DNA of 64,000 bases from a virus, in IMG/VR virus record IMGVR_UViG_3300006880_000002, positions 2,955 to 66,954 of that record; one strand, given 5' to 3'. Shown piece by piece: positions 1 to 8,561 of this stretch (positions within the stretch are counted from its first letter, which is position 1; each line of letters begins with the position of its first letter). The position numbers and the translations under genes were made by a program. The notes below the pieces were generated by a model that saw only the letters and a program-made list of their open reading frames with translations, had not been told where the DNA came from and ran no database searches.

Positions 1-2
1 CG

Positions 3-200
3 ATTTCTCACTACCGAGAGCTCGAATTCGGTAAAGGCCCCGGCGAGCTTTGCAAAGCGCTCGAAAACTTGCTCGGCGTGTGCGAGGTGGAAGGACTCTT
101 CCCGCAGGGCGATGTTGTGCTCGGAAGCACACAGATCGAGGAAGACACGGCGAGTGTGTGGTTCTCGAAGGCCGCCAAGATCGTGAGGGCGTTTCGGTAA
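3..200 (+). CDS. 3' end of a hypothetical protein (truncated by window edge)
   Basis: Open frame ISHYRELEFG...AKIVRAFR ending in TAA at 198-200, just before the helicase. Confidence 0.6.
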   Translation: MSHYRELEFGKGPGELCKALENLLGVCEVEGLFPQGDVVLGSTQIEEDTASVWFSKAAKIVRAFR

Positions 201-211
201 CCACTTAAATC

Positions 212-1993
212 ATGTCCGACCCCCTCGACATCTCGAACGTCCTGGCCGCCGTTGCGGATGCGACGAACGGCGCGCGGAGAAACACCGCGCTTGGACGGAT
301 CCGAGAAGCCGAAGGCGTGAAACACACCCCCGAGCTCGACAGGATCTTAATGATCCCACGGCGCGTGCCTCTCACGCCCGATGAGGAGGCCGAGCAGATC
401 GACCTCCTCACGAATCACCTCCGAACCCCGGGCGGAACGATGCGCCTCCGCCCGGTGCAAGCTCAGGCTCTCTTCGAGGCTCACGACAACCGCGGCCTCT
501 TCGGACCGATCCGGGTCTCCGGCGGCAAGACGCTCATTTCGCTCCTCGCGCCGGTCGTCTTCGAAGCCAAGCGCCCGATGCTCCTTGTTCCGGCGGCGCT
601 CGTCGAGAAGACGCGGAACGAAGCTCGGAAGCTCGCTCAACATTGGAGACTTCCGCAATTCCTCCAGATCACGAGCTACCAGGCCCTTGGCCGCGTCTCG
701 GGCGCGGAGCTTTTGGAGCAGTACAACCCCGATCTCCTCATCTGCGATGAGGGACACAAGCTCAAGAACCCGAGAGCCGCCGTCACCCGGAGGTTCGCCC
801 GGTTCATGCAGGGGCATCCCGAAACCGTCGTCATCATCCTGACCGGCACGATCTCGAAGCGGAGCCTCCGAGACTTCGCGCACCTCCTCATGTGGACGCT
901 CAAGCTCCGGACCCCGCTACCTCGGTCGTATCACGAGCTCGAAGCGTGGTCGCTCGCGCTCGACGAGAAGCCGAACGCTATCGTTCCGCCGCTCCACCCG
1001 GGGGCGATTCTCAAGCTCGCGACGGATGAGGAAGGGAACCCGACCCAGCGTGCGCGCATCGCCGTCCGACGTCGCATCAACGACACGCCCGGGGTCGTGA
1101 CGGCCTCTGGCGAGGGGTGCGAAGTAAGCCTTCGCGTACAGGGGCACGTCGTGCCGCTCACGAGTAATGCGGAGCAGGCGTTTCAAACCCTTCGTACGAA
1201 GTGGACGACGCCCGATGGCTGGCCCGTGAGCGACGGCTTCGCGGTCTGGCGTCACGCTCGTGAACTCGCTTTAGGTTTCTACTACATGTGGTCCCCTCGA
1301 CCACCCGACGAATGGCTCGAAGCGAGGAAGAAGTGGTCGGCGTTCTGCCGGAAGGTGCTCAAGAACAATCACCGACACCTCGACTCTGAGATGCAGGTTG
1401 CCCGTGCGTGCATCGATCACCCGGAGTGGTACGGGGACGAAGAGTACAAGGCGTGGGCTGCGATCCGGGATTCGTTCAAACCGAATACCGTCGCCGTGCC
1501 GTTCGACGACTCCGTCATCGCGAGCTGTCAGCAGTGGATGGCGAAGCACGGGGGCCTCGTCTGGTGTGAACACATCGACTTCGCGCGACGTCTATCTGCA
1601 ATCACGGGTGTTCCGTACTTCGCGGGAGAAGGGCTCGATGCCGAAGGACGTTCGATTGAAGACTATGACGGCAAGACGGCCATCCTCTCGATCGAGGCGA
1701 ATCGAGAGGGGAGGAATCTCCAGAGGTATTCGCGGAATCTTGTCGTCTCGGCCATGCAGCAAGGTGATCGTTGGCAACAACTTCTCGCCCGCACGCACCG
1801 CGACGGTCAGGAAGCCGACGAAGTGCTCTGCGATGTCATCGTCACGTGCATCGAGCACGTCGAGGCCATGCGCATCGCCCTCAGCGACGCGCAGTACCAG
1901 GAAGACATCACAGGCGACCGTCAGAAACTCTTGATGGCCGACGTCATCATGCCGGAGACCACGAGCTTGAAAGGAGCGATTTGGAACAGGTGA
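212..1993 (+). CDS. SNF2/SF2-family helicase
   Basis: Motif I SGGKTL, Ia LLVPAAL, II ICDEGH, III LTGT, C-terminal EGRNLQ and QLLARTHRDGQ. Confidence 0.85.
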   Translation: MSDPLDISNVLAAVADATNGARRNTALGRIREAEGVKHTPELDRILMIPRRVPLTPDEEAEQIDLLTNHLRTPGGTMRLRPVQAQALFEAHDNRGLFGPIRVSGGKTLISLLAPVVFEAKRPMLLVPAALVEKTRNEARKLAQHWRLPQFLQITSYQALGRVSGAELLEQYNPDLLICDEGHKLKNPRAAVTRRFARFMQGHPETVVIILTGTISKRSLRDFAHLLMWTLKLRTPLPRSYHELEAWSLALDEKPNAIVPPLHPGAILKLATDEEGNPTQRARIAVRRRINDTPGVVTASGEGCEVSLRVQGHVVPLTSNAEQAFQTLRTKWTTPDGWPVSDGFAVWRHARELALGFYYMWSPRPPDEWLEARKKWSAFCRKVLKNNHRHLDSEMQVARACIDHPEWYGDEEYKAWAAIRDSFKPNTVAVPFDDSVIASCQQWMAKHGGLVWCEHIDFARRLSAITGVPYFAGEGLDAEGRSIEDYDGKTAILSIEANREGRNLQRYSRNLVVSAMQQGDRWQQLLARTHRDGQEADEVLCDVIVTCIEHVEAMRIALSDAQYQEDITGDRQKLLMADVIMPETTSLKGAIWNR

Positions 1994-2073
1994 ACTTAGT
2001 CGCGAGCTGCACCTGACTTCGGTCACGTCCAGCTCGCGGGAATCTTCCCGTTATTTCGAACGAGGTATCAAAA

Positions 2074-2841
2074 ATGATCGACTGGAATGGAATTGGAAGC
2101 GCACCGATTTTCGAACGAGGAACTTACTTCAACCCGGGAAGGTACAAGCTCAAGCTCCTTCGGTGCTTGAGTAAGGAAACGCAGAAATCAGGAACGGCGT
2201 TCATCGCAGAGTTCGAGGTCATGGAGAGCGACAATCCCGCTCACCAGATCGGAAGCAAAGCGACGTTCTTCGTGAAGATGGGAAGCGTTCAGGACAAGCA
2301 AGTCGGTTTCTCGAACATCCTGGAAATGATGGCGGCGATCCTCGGATTCGACGTCAAGAACGCTGCACACGTGAGCCAAATCGATCGGGAAGTGCGACCC
2401 ACGCTTGCCGCCATGATGACCGCTCTCGAAACGCAAGGTACGGGTGTTCTGCAAGGGCGAGAGTTCGTCTCGGTCGAGTGTCGGGTCACTCTCACGAGGC
2501 AGCAAAGGGAGTTCACGCTTCACACGTGGTCTCCCTGGAGGCCCACGCAGGACTGGCGGCCGACTCCGACGCCCGCCGTCGCGACGATGCCGCAGAGGTC
2601 AGCGCAGCCTCAGCAGCAAATGTCCGCGCCGCCCTTCGCGAGCGCTGCGTTGCCTCAGCAGGCTTACCCGCCCGCTCAGGCTCCTCAGCAGCCGGTGTAC
2701 CCACCACAGTACCCGCCTGCTCAGGCTCCGCAGCAGTACGCGCCGCCTCCGGCCCAGCCCCAGGCGTTCCCATCGCCTCAGCAGGCACCTGTCGCGGCTC
2801 CGGGACAGCAGCATCCGTATTGGATGAACCAGCAACGGTGA
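2074..2841 (+). CDS. Putative single-stranded DNA-binding protein with Pro/Gln-rich tail
   Basis: Beta-rich N-terminal domain (PGRYKLKL..FIAEFEV), low-complexity tail, lies between helicase and polymerase. Confidence 0.55.
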   Translation: MIDWNGIGSAPIFERGTYFNPGRYKLKLLRCLSKETQKSGTAFIAEFEVMESDNPAHQIGSKATFFVKMGSVQDKQVGFSNILEMMAAILGFDVKNAAHVSQIDREVRPTLAAMMTALETQGTGVLQGREFVSVECRVTLTRQQREFTLHTWSPWRPTQDWRPTPTPAVATMPQRSAQPQQQMSAPPFASAALPQQAYPPAQAPQQPVYPPQYPPAQAPQQYAPPPAQPQAFPSPQQAPVAAPGQQHPYWMNQQR

Positions 2842-2849
2842 AAGAGAGA

Positions 2850-2876
2850 CCCCACCCCGGTGATCCCGGGGTGGGG
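2850..2876. promoter_or_regulatory. Perfect 11-bp GC hairpin just upstream of the polymerase start
   Basis: CCCCACCCCGG-TGATC-CCGGGGTGGGG, 7 nt before ATG 2884. Confidence 0.6.
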
Positions 2877-2883
2877 ACCCCTA

Positions 2884-4752
2884 ATGCAAGCCTTCGACAC
2901 CGAGACGTTTCCGATTGAGGACGGCAACCTCGCGCCCGACCTCGTCTGCATTTCGTTCTCGGATCAGGAGTTCAACTCCCGGCTCTATCACGCGATCGAC
3001 GGCTCCGCGACGTTCGAGGCGATGGCGGACTGCGCGCTCGGGAACAACACGCCGATCGTCACGGCAAACGGCGCCTACGACATGGCCGTGATGCTCGCAC
3101 ACGATCCGGAGCGACTCAGCGATCGGATCTGGACGCTCTACGACCGTGGCCTCGTGCGCGACGTCATCATGCGCCAGAAGCTCATCGACATAGCTCACGG
3201 CTGCTACCGAGGTTTTCGTCGCGACGCGGACGGCAAGACGTACAAGATCGGGTACAGCCTCGCCGAGCTCACGAAGAGGCACCTGGGCGTAGAGCTCAGT
3301 AAGGGTGAAGACACCTGGCGCCTTCGGTACGGCGAGTTGTACGAGCTTCCGCTCTACCGATGGCCCGTGGAGGCACGTGAGTATGCTGAGAACGATTCGG
3401 TAGCGACGATGGGCGTCTATCAGGCTCAAGAACCTGAGGCGCAGCTTCTTCTCGACGAGCCTGCCCGGTGTCGAACGGCGTGGATGCTCCACCTCATGTC
3501 CTGTTACGGCCTGAAGACAGATCCAACGGCCGTCGCGGCTTTCGTGAAAACGACAGAGGAGAAGGCGGCAGCGATCAAAAAGATCCTCGTGAAGTACGGA
3601 CTCCTTCGAGAGAGTGGTTCGCGCGACACGAAGATGGCCAAGGCGCGCATGATTGCCGTGTGCAAGGATAAGAACATCCCGATCGCGGATACGGATAGCG
3701 GCGACGTCGCCCTCGACGACGCGACCTGCAAAGCGACCGGAGATCCGGTGCTCTGCGACTACGCCGACTATTCGAGCTTGGCCAAGGTTGTCTCGACGGA
3801 CATCCCGATTCTGCTCAAAGGTGTGAACAAGCCGATCCAGACCCGGTTCGAGCCTCTTGCCGAAACAGGGCGTACGACGTCGAGCGCCCCGAACGTTCAG
3901 AACATCAAACGGCTCGCCGGCATGCGCGAGTGCTTCCGACCTCGCCCGGGATTTCTCTTCGTGGACGCGGACTACGGTAAACTCGAGCTTTGCACGTGGT
4001 CGCAGACGTGTCTCTGGGCGCTCGGGCGTTCGCGAATGGCAGAAGTTCTGAACTCGGAGGATGAAAACGATCCTCATCTTGACTTCGCGGCTCAGATCCT
4101 TGGCATCACATACAAGGAAGCAAAGGCGCGAAGCAAGGCCGGCGATAAGGAAGTTGACCAACGGCGTCTCGTCGCGAAGGTCGGAAACTTCGGGTTCCCT
4201 GGAGGACTCGGAGCGGAGAGCTTCGTCTCCTACGCGGCGTCTTCGTACAAGGTGAACATCACCATCGACCAAGCCAGAGAGTTGAAACGAAATTGGTTAC
4301 GATCGTGGCCGGAAGCGAGGCCGTACTTCGATTGGGTCGACAGCAAAACTCAAGGACGGGGTGGTCGGATCTCGATGCAACGCTTCGTGACCGGGGCCTG
4401 GCGGTCCAACATGTCGTACACGGTCGCGTGCAACGATCCGTTCCAGAGTCTTGGAGCGACGGCAGCGACGTGGGCCGGGTACGACCTAGCACGAGCTTGC
4501 TACCACGACCGGAGCCACATTCTCTTCGGTTCTCGTCCGGTGAACTTCATCCACGACCAGTACCTTGTGGAAGTGCTCGATGACGAGCTTGCGCACGAAC
4601 GTGCGATGGCTGTAGCAGAGATCATGGTCGCGGCGGCAAAGCGTGCGATCCCTGACGTCACGCCGAAGGTCGAGCCGCTCCTTTGTCGGTACTGGAGTAA
4701 GGACGCGAAAGCGGTCTACAAGGACGGGAGACTCGTGCCGTGGCCCTCGTAG
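2884..4752 (+). CDS. polA: Family A DNA polymerase with 3'-5' exonuclease domain
   Basis: ExoI AFDTET, ExoII NGAYD, ExoIII YAEND, TGRTTSSAPNVQN, motif A DADYGKLE, motif B RLVAKVGNFGFPGG, motif C IHDQ. Confidence 0.92.
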   Translation: MQAFDTETFPIEDGNLAPDLVCISFSDQEFNSRLYHAIDGSATFEAMADCALGNNTPIVTANGAYDMAVMLAHDPERLSDRIWTLYDRGLVRDVIMRQKLIDIAHGCYRGFRRDADGKTYKIGYSLAELTKRHLGVELSKGEDTWRLRYGELYELPLYRWPVEAREYAENDSVATMGVYQAQEPEAQLLLDEPARCRTAWMLHLMSCYGLKTDPTAVAAFVKTTEEKAAAIKKILVKYGLLRESGSRDTKMAKARMIAVCKDKNIPIADTDSGDVALDDATCKATGDPVLCDYADYSSLAKVVSTDIPILLKGVNKPIQTRFEPLAETGRTTSSAPNVQNIKRLAGMRECFRPRPGFLFVDADYGKLELCTWSQTCLWALGRSRMAEVLNSEDENDPHLDFAAQILGITYKEAKARSKAGDKEVDQRRLVAKVGNFGFPGGLGAESFVSYAASSYKVNITIDQARELKRNWLRSWPEARPYFDWVDSKTQGRGGRISMQRFVTGAWRSNMSYTVACNDPFQSLGATAATWAGYDLARACYHDRSHILFGSRPVNFIHDQYLVEVLDDELAHERAMAVAEIMVAAAKRAIPDVTPKVEPLLCRYWSKDAKAVYKDGRLVPWPS

Positions 4753-5228
4753 CAATCGATCCAGGCAAGGTGACGGGCGTCGCAATATTCGACGGTAGTG
4801 ATCCCGACATCACTTTCACGGTTCACCGACTCAAGTTCGCTGGGGTTTGCGCAATCGAAGAGTGTCGAGGCTTCATCGAGAGCGCGGCGCCTCACAGACA
4901 CGATCTGTCGATTCATGGCGACTGCATCATCGAGGTTCCACAGATCTACCCAGGCCAGCAACAGAAGGGTGATCAGAACGACCTGATTGATCTGGCAGTC
5001 ACCGTCGGGAGGTACGCTGAGTGCGCCGCCTCGTACGGTTTTCGGGTCACGTTAGTCAAGCCCCGCGCGTGGAAAGGACAGCTCCCGAAGGACGTGTGCT
5101 GGCAGCGCGTGCGAGACACACTCACGGCTCACGAACGTTCTGTGCCGGAGCAAATCCCGAAGTCTAAGGCCCACAACATGCACGACGCGATCGGGCTCGG
5201 AACTTGGTTTCAAAAAAGGTGGAGATGA
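4740..5228 (+). CDS. RuvC-like Holliday junction resolvase
   Basis: AIDPG-x-TG, IIEVP, PRAWKG, HDAIGLG (RNase H-fold acidic residues). Confidence 0.75.
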   Translation: MALVAIDPGKVTGVAIFDGSDPDITFTVHRLKFAGVCAIEECRGFIESAAPHRHDLSIHGDCIIEVPQIYPGQQQKGDQNDLIDLAVTVGRYAECAASYGFRVTLVKPRAWKGQLPKDVCWQRVRDTLTAHERSVPEQIPKSKAHNMHDAIGLGTWFQKRWR

Positions 5229-5446
5229 TGACGTTACTCAAGTGGTTCGAAAAAACACAACCCGATGGTGTGTCGAGGACAGCCTACGCCGAACAGTTGG
5301 CGAAGAAGTCCCGAGGCAAGATCTCGATGTCCACCATTCTAGGCGCGCTCAGAGGACAGAAGGTCGCGAGCTACGCGAAGGGCAAAGTCCTGAGTGATCT
5401 CACTGGAGGGAAAGTCCCCGTGCTGGAGATCATTGCCCGTGAGTGA
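5225..5446 (+). CDS. Small Cro/HTH-like DNA-binding protein
   Basis: Short helical basic protein, ATGA coupling to resolvase, C-terminal LSDLTGGKV typical of Cro-like proteins. Confidence 0.5.
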   Translation: MMTLLKWFEKTQPDGVSRTAYAEQLAKKSRGKISMSTILGALRGQKVASYAKGKVLSDLTGGKVPVLEIIARE

Positions 5447-6014
5447 CAAGGAAGTTCAGGTTCGGCGTCCTCCAGATTTGGAGACTGCAGAGACACTCTC
5501 GGCGCTCTCGGCACACCTTCAAGATCTTCCGTGTAACGCCGACACATATCCGGGGATCTGTGAAGCACTCATCGACGTCAAGGCTCGAACGAAAGTTCTG
5601 TCGGACCAGCAGGAAACGATCCTCAAGCCTCTTCGTGAGGTCGAGCGTGCGGTTCGAGAGTGGTTCCGAGCTCCTCTCGACACCTACCGCATGATCGAGA
5701 ACGTCTTGAAGCAGCGGGTCGTCGACTATCAGAAAACGCTCCGTCAAGAGAAGCAGGCCGCTATCGAGGCAGCCGGACGGGAGCCCACGCCCACGGCGAT
5801 GGCGCAGCTTACGGCGCTCGCGGCCCCGCCCACGCCCACGGCGATCTCGTTTCGGAAGACGTGGGACTTCGAGATCGTCGATCCGAACTTGGTGCCTCGG
5901 GAGTACCTGCTCATTGACACAGTCGCGATCCGGAAGGTCGGCGTGGCGACGCAAGGGAAGGTTCAGATCCCTGGCGTGCGTTTCTTCCAGAAGGAAGGGG
6001 CGGCGGTTGGATGA
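5439..6014 (+). CDS. Coiled-coil phage protein (Gp157/Gam-like C-terminus)
   Basis: Coiled coil followed by RKTWDFEIVDPNLVPREYL..IPGVRFF. Confidence 0.55.
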   Translation: MSDKEVQVRRPPDLETAETLSALSAHLQDLPCNADTYPGICEALIDVKARTKVLSDQQETILKPLREVERAVREWFRAPLDTYRMIENVLKQRVVDYQKTLRQEKQAAIEAAGREPTPTAMAQLTALAAPPTPTAISFRKTWDFEIVDPNLVPREYLLIDTVAIRKVGVATQGKVQIPGVRFFQKEGAAVG

Positions 6015-6490
6015 CAACATGTAGCCGCTGCGGCGAGCAATACGACGACAATTCCAGCGAGGCGCACGAATGCGCCGACGAGGCTACGGAACGGCGACTC
6101 TCGGATCTTGAGGAGACCGTCGAAAAACTGCAACAGAAGATTGACTCGTTGGCTGGGTTGCAGGAAGGCATTACGCTCAAGCTCGAAGAAGGTGAGCGTC
6201 AGATGGTTCTGATGGCTCTCGCGCACCTGGCCGTCGAGCGTCCAGGATGGGATCACGCGTTGTCCGGTATTGCCACGCGCATCGACAATATTCAAGCGGG
6301 GCGCCCTGTTCTCTTCGACTCGTTCAAGGAAATGAAACCGAAAGGAATAGTCGTCGAGTCGCCTGTACAAGCCTGGGTCCGCGCCGCCACGCTCATGCGC
6401 TCGGCAATTCAAACGCACGGGAAGCTCGCCGACGACGACCCGGCGTGGGGGATCGACATTCCAGAGTACCGGCCGCCGGAGGGAGCGTAA
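6011..6490 (+). CDS. Hypothetical protein
   Basis: ATGA-coupled ORF, CxxC N-terminus and coiled coil. Confidence 0.6.
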   Translation: MTTCSRCGEQYDDNSSEAHECADEATERRLSDLEETVEKLQQKIDSLAGLQEGITLKLEEGERQMVLMALAHLAVERPGWDHALSGIATRIDNIQAGRPVLFDSFKEMKPKGIVVESPVQAWVRAATLMRSAIQTHGKLADDDPAWGIDIPEYRPPEGA

Positions 6491-6492
6491 CC

Positions 6493-6717
6493 GTGTTGCT
6501 CGTTCCTAAGTTCGAGCGTTGCGACAACGCCATCGTAGAGTTTCTCGACGATCTTTCGCAGCAAGGGTACTCATCGAACAGTATCCAGATGGCGCTGGGG
6601 CACATCGTCGGTTCTTGTGGGTTCGACAACAACTCCTCGTCTTTTGCTCTAGGTAAGCATCAAGGGGAGGTGGCAAGAGAAGCCCGTTTGACGAAGGAGT
6701 TGGAAGATCTACGATGA
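6493..6717 (+). CDS. Hypothetical protein
   Basis: GTG start after GGGAG, coupled to next gene. Confidence 0.5.
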   Translation: MLLVPKFERCDNAIVEFLDDLSQQGYSSNSIQMALGHIVGSCGFDNNSSSFALGKHQGEVAREARLTKELEDLR

Positions 6718-6965
6718 CCGAAACACTCATGCTCAGGATCGAAGGCTTCTGCGATCTGGAAGATCACGGCAAGAAAGAAGACGGCACCGACGACATTCGG
6801 ATCAACCGCGGCTACAAACTACAACTCGCGTTGAACCACCAGCTCATCGTCTACGAAGAGACGCTACCGCGAGATTCGGTGCCGGTTGATCCGACGGCGT
6901 ATCTCGTGAGGCGGATCTCCGAGGCGCTAACGAGAAGTCTGCCGCAGATCGATCCGCGGCTCTAA
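6714..6965 (+). CDS. Hypothetical protein
   Basis: ATGA-coupled last ORF of the replication operon. Confidence 0.55.
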   Translation: MTETLMLRIEGFCDLEDHGKKEDGTDDIRINRGYKLQLALNHQLIVYEETLPRDSVPVDPTAYLVRRISEALTRSLPQIDPRL

Positions 6966-7072
6966 CTCACTACGGGTACCCCGCTCGCCGCCGGTTGGGG
7001 AGTAAAGCAGATGGCGGCTTCATGATGGTCAAGCCGGAAGACCGCAAAATGGTAGCCGGTACCGCGCCCGTT

Positions 7073-7378
7073 TCAACTACACGCCAGGAACGTCTCACAG
7101 TCCTTTGCTTCGGTCACGCAATCGTGCGGGAGCGGCACCGAGCTCCGCGTCTCCTCGTCCTTGCAGTCCTGGAGGAGCGTATCGAGATGCATGCCGCACC
7201 CGCCGAGCTTCTTCACGTTCTCGACGGCGCTCTCGCACGTGCCGCCGTGCGGCTGAGGCTCGGGTGTGTGCACTATGGGCCCCGTCGTGACGGTGCAGCC
7301 TGAAACAAAGGCCGCAACAAAAGCGACAATGAGGAGCACGAATAGTGTAGCTAGTAATGGGTAAAAAATGATTTTCAT
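7073..7378 (-). CDS. Cys-rich lipoprotein
   Basis: MKIIF + hydrophobic stretch + lipobox VSGC; several Cys downstream. Confidence 0.65.
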   Translation of the reverse strand: MKIIFYPLLATLFVLLIVAFVAAFVSGCTVTTGPIVHTPEPQPHGGTCESAVENVKKLGGCGMHLDTLLQDCKDEETRSSVPLPHDCVTEAKDCETFLACS

Positions 7379-8157
7379 CCGACCTCGTGTACAACGAAAC
7401 CAGCGCGAGCTTCGGCGATTCGCGCTCGGGAGATGCGTGCGAGGTTCCCGGTACCCCACGGGATCCAAACCCCATTGATGAGACGCGGGCGCCAGTAGTT
7501 ACCGATCATCGCCTCGCCGTCGTGGAACTTGTGGCTCGTCATTGGTACGAGGTGGCCGCCGAGTGTCGGGCCCGACTGCGCTCCGATGATCCCGTTCCCG
7601 GTAAAGTCGGCGAAAGCGCGATCGACGTTGAGAGCGATTAGCGGGAAGTGCCCGCGATCTTGAGCCACAGCCAAGGTCGAGAAGATCTCGTCTCCGGTGC
7701 CGAGCACGATGCTCACTGTGAGGTTGTGGCGTTGGCTATCGACGCGAGCGCTCCACGGCGGGCGCTTACACGGATCGAACCCGGGCGTCTCCGGGTTCCA
7801 GAACTTGTACTCGCACGCGCCGCTGTTCTGGAACGAGTCGAGGATCTGTCCGAACGACATTCCCTCGTCTGGCAGAATGGCGTTGGGATCCGCGGCTTCG
7901 TACGGATACTTCGCGGCGAGCGCTGCATAGTGCCGAGGGTACGGAGATGTCTTTACACCTGTGAACGCGTACTCCGCGTAAGAGCCGCCGTGACTGCAAC
8001 ACGTGTTTTTGCGTTGGTAGAGATCAGTCCACGGCGCTTTACTCATCGAGCCATACGGTTGAGGTGTGTCGACGCCGAACAGATCCTCGTAGCCCGGCAG
8101 AGCACGCGGCTCGTCGGGCTTCCACCCCATGGGACGGTCGTCGAAGCTCACTTGCAT
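7375..8157 (-). CDS. Papain-like (C1-type) cysteine peptidase
   Basis: Q-RKNT-C-CSH (Gln/Cys), GGHLV (His), GNYW (Asn); start MQVSF at 8157. Confidence 0.7.
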   Translation of the reverse strand: MQVSFDDRPMGWKPDEPRALPGYEDLFGVDTPQPYGSMSKAPWTDLYQRKNTCCSHGGSYAEYAFTGVKTSPYPRHYAALAAKYPYEAADPNAILPDEGMSFGQILDSFQNSGACEYKFWNPETPGFDPCKRPPWSARVDSQRHNLTVSIVLGTGDEIFSTLAVAQDRGHFPLIALNVDRAFADFTGNGIIGAQSGPTLGGHLVPMTSHKFHDGEAMIGNYWRPRLINGVWIPWGTGNLARISRARIAEARAGFVVHEVG

Positions 8158-8504
8158 TCCTCCACCCACGAACCCGAGGCAGCATCGGCGATTGTCTGCG
8201 CAGTGATCGCGATGGCTACCATCCCGAGGCCGCCGACTGCGAGTCCTATCCTGATCTCCTTCTTGTCCTCCGGGATCGGGAGCGCCGCCAACCCCGAGCC
8301 GCCACCGACGAAGGCTGCCCCCTTGGCGACCCCGCCGTAGAACTGCCGGCGGTCGTCGAGCGTGATGCAACGCTCGGTGGGTGGGGGCGCCGCGCCGACG
8401 AGCTGCCCGCGGTCCTGCATGCCTGCGATCTTGGCCTCCTCGAAGGAGCCGGCGCAGCCGGTGGTTGTCAGGAGGGCGAGCAGAACGAGAATGTAGCGTG
8501 CCAT
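8148..8504 (-). CDS. Lipoprotein with additional hydrophobic helices
   Basis: MARYILVLLALLTTTGC lipobox-type signal; two Gly/Ala-rich hydrophobic segments. Confidence 0.65.
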   Translation of the reverse strand: MARYILVLLALLTTTGCAGSFEEAKIAGMQDRGQLVGAAPPPTERCITLDDRRQFYGGVAKGAAFVGGGSGLAALPIPEDKKEIRIGLAVGGLGMVAIAITAQTIADAASGSWVEECK

Positions 8505-8561
8505 CTAGGGCAGAATACCACAGCGTCCGGCCGCTCAGCCTGCTACTCTAAGTTGCAGGCT

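Noticed and set aside
2881-4272. 463-aa minus-strand ORF
   Set aside because: Antisense shadow of the polymerase
2884-4752. DpoZ / 2-aminoadenine genome
   Set aside because: No purZ-like gene in the window; motif changes alone are not enough
5783-5846. 18-bp repeat GCCCACGCCCACGGCGAT
   Set aside because: Intragenic PTPTA linker duplication with no sign of another role
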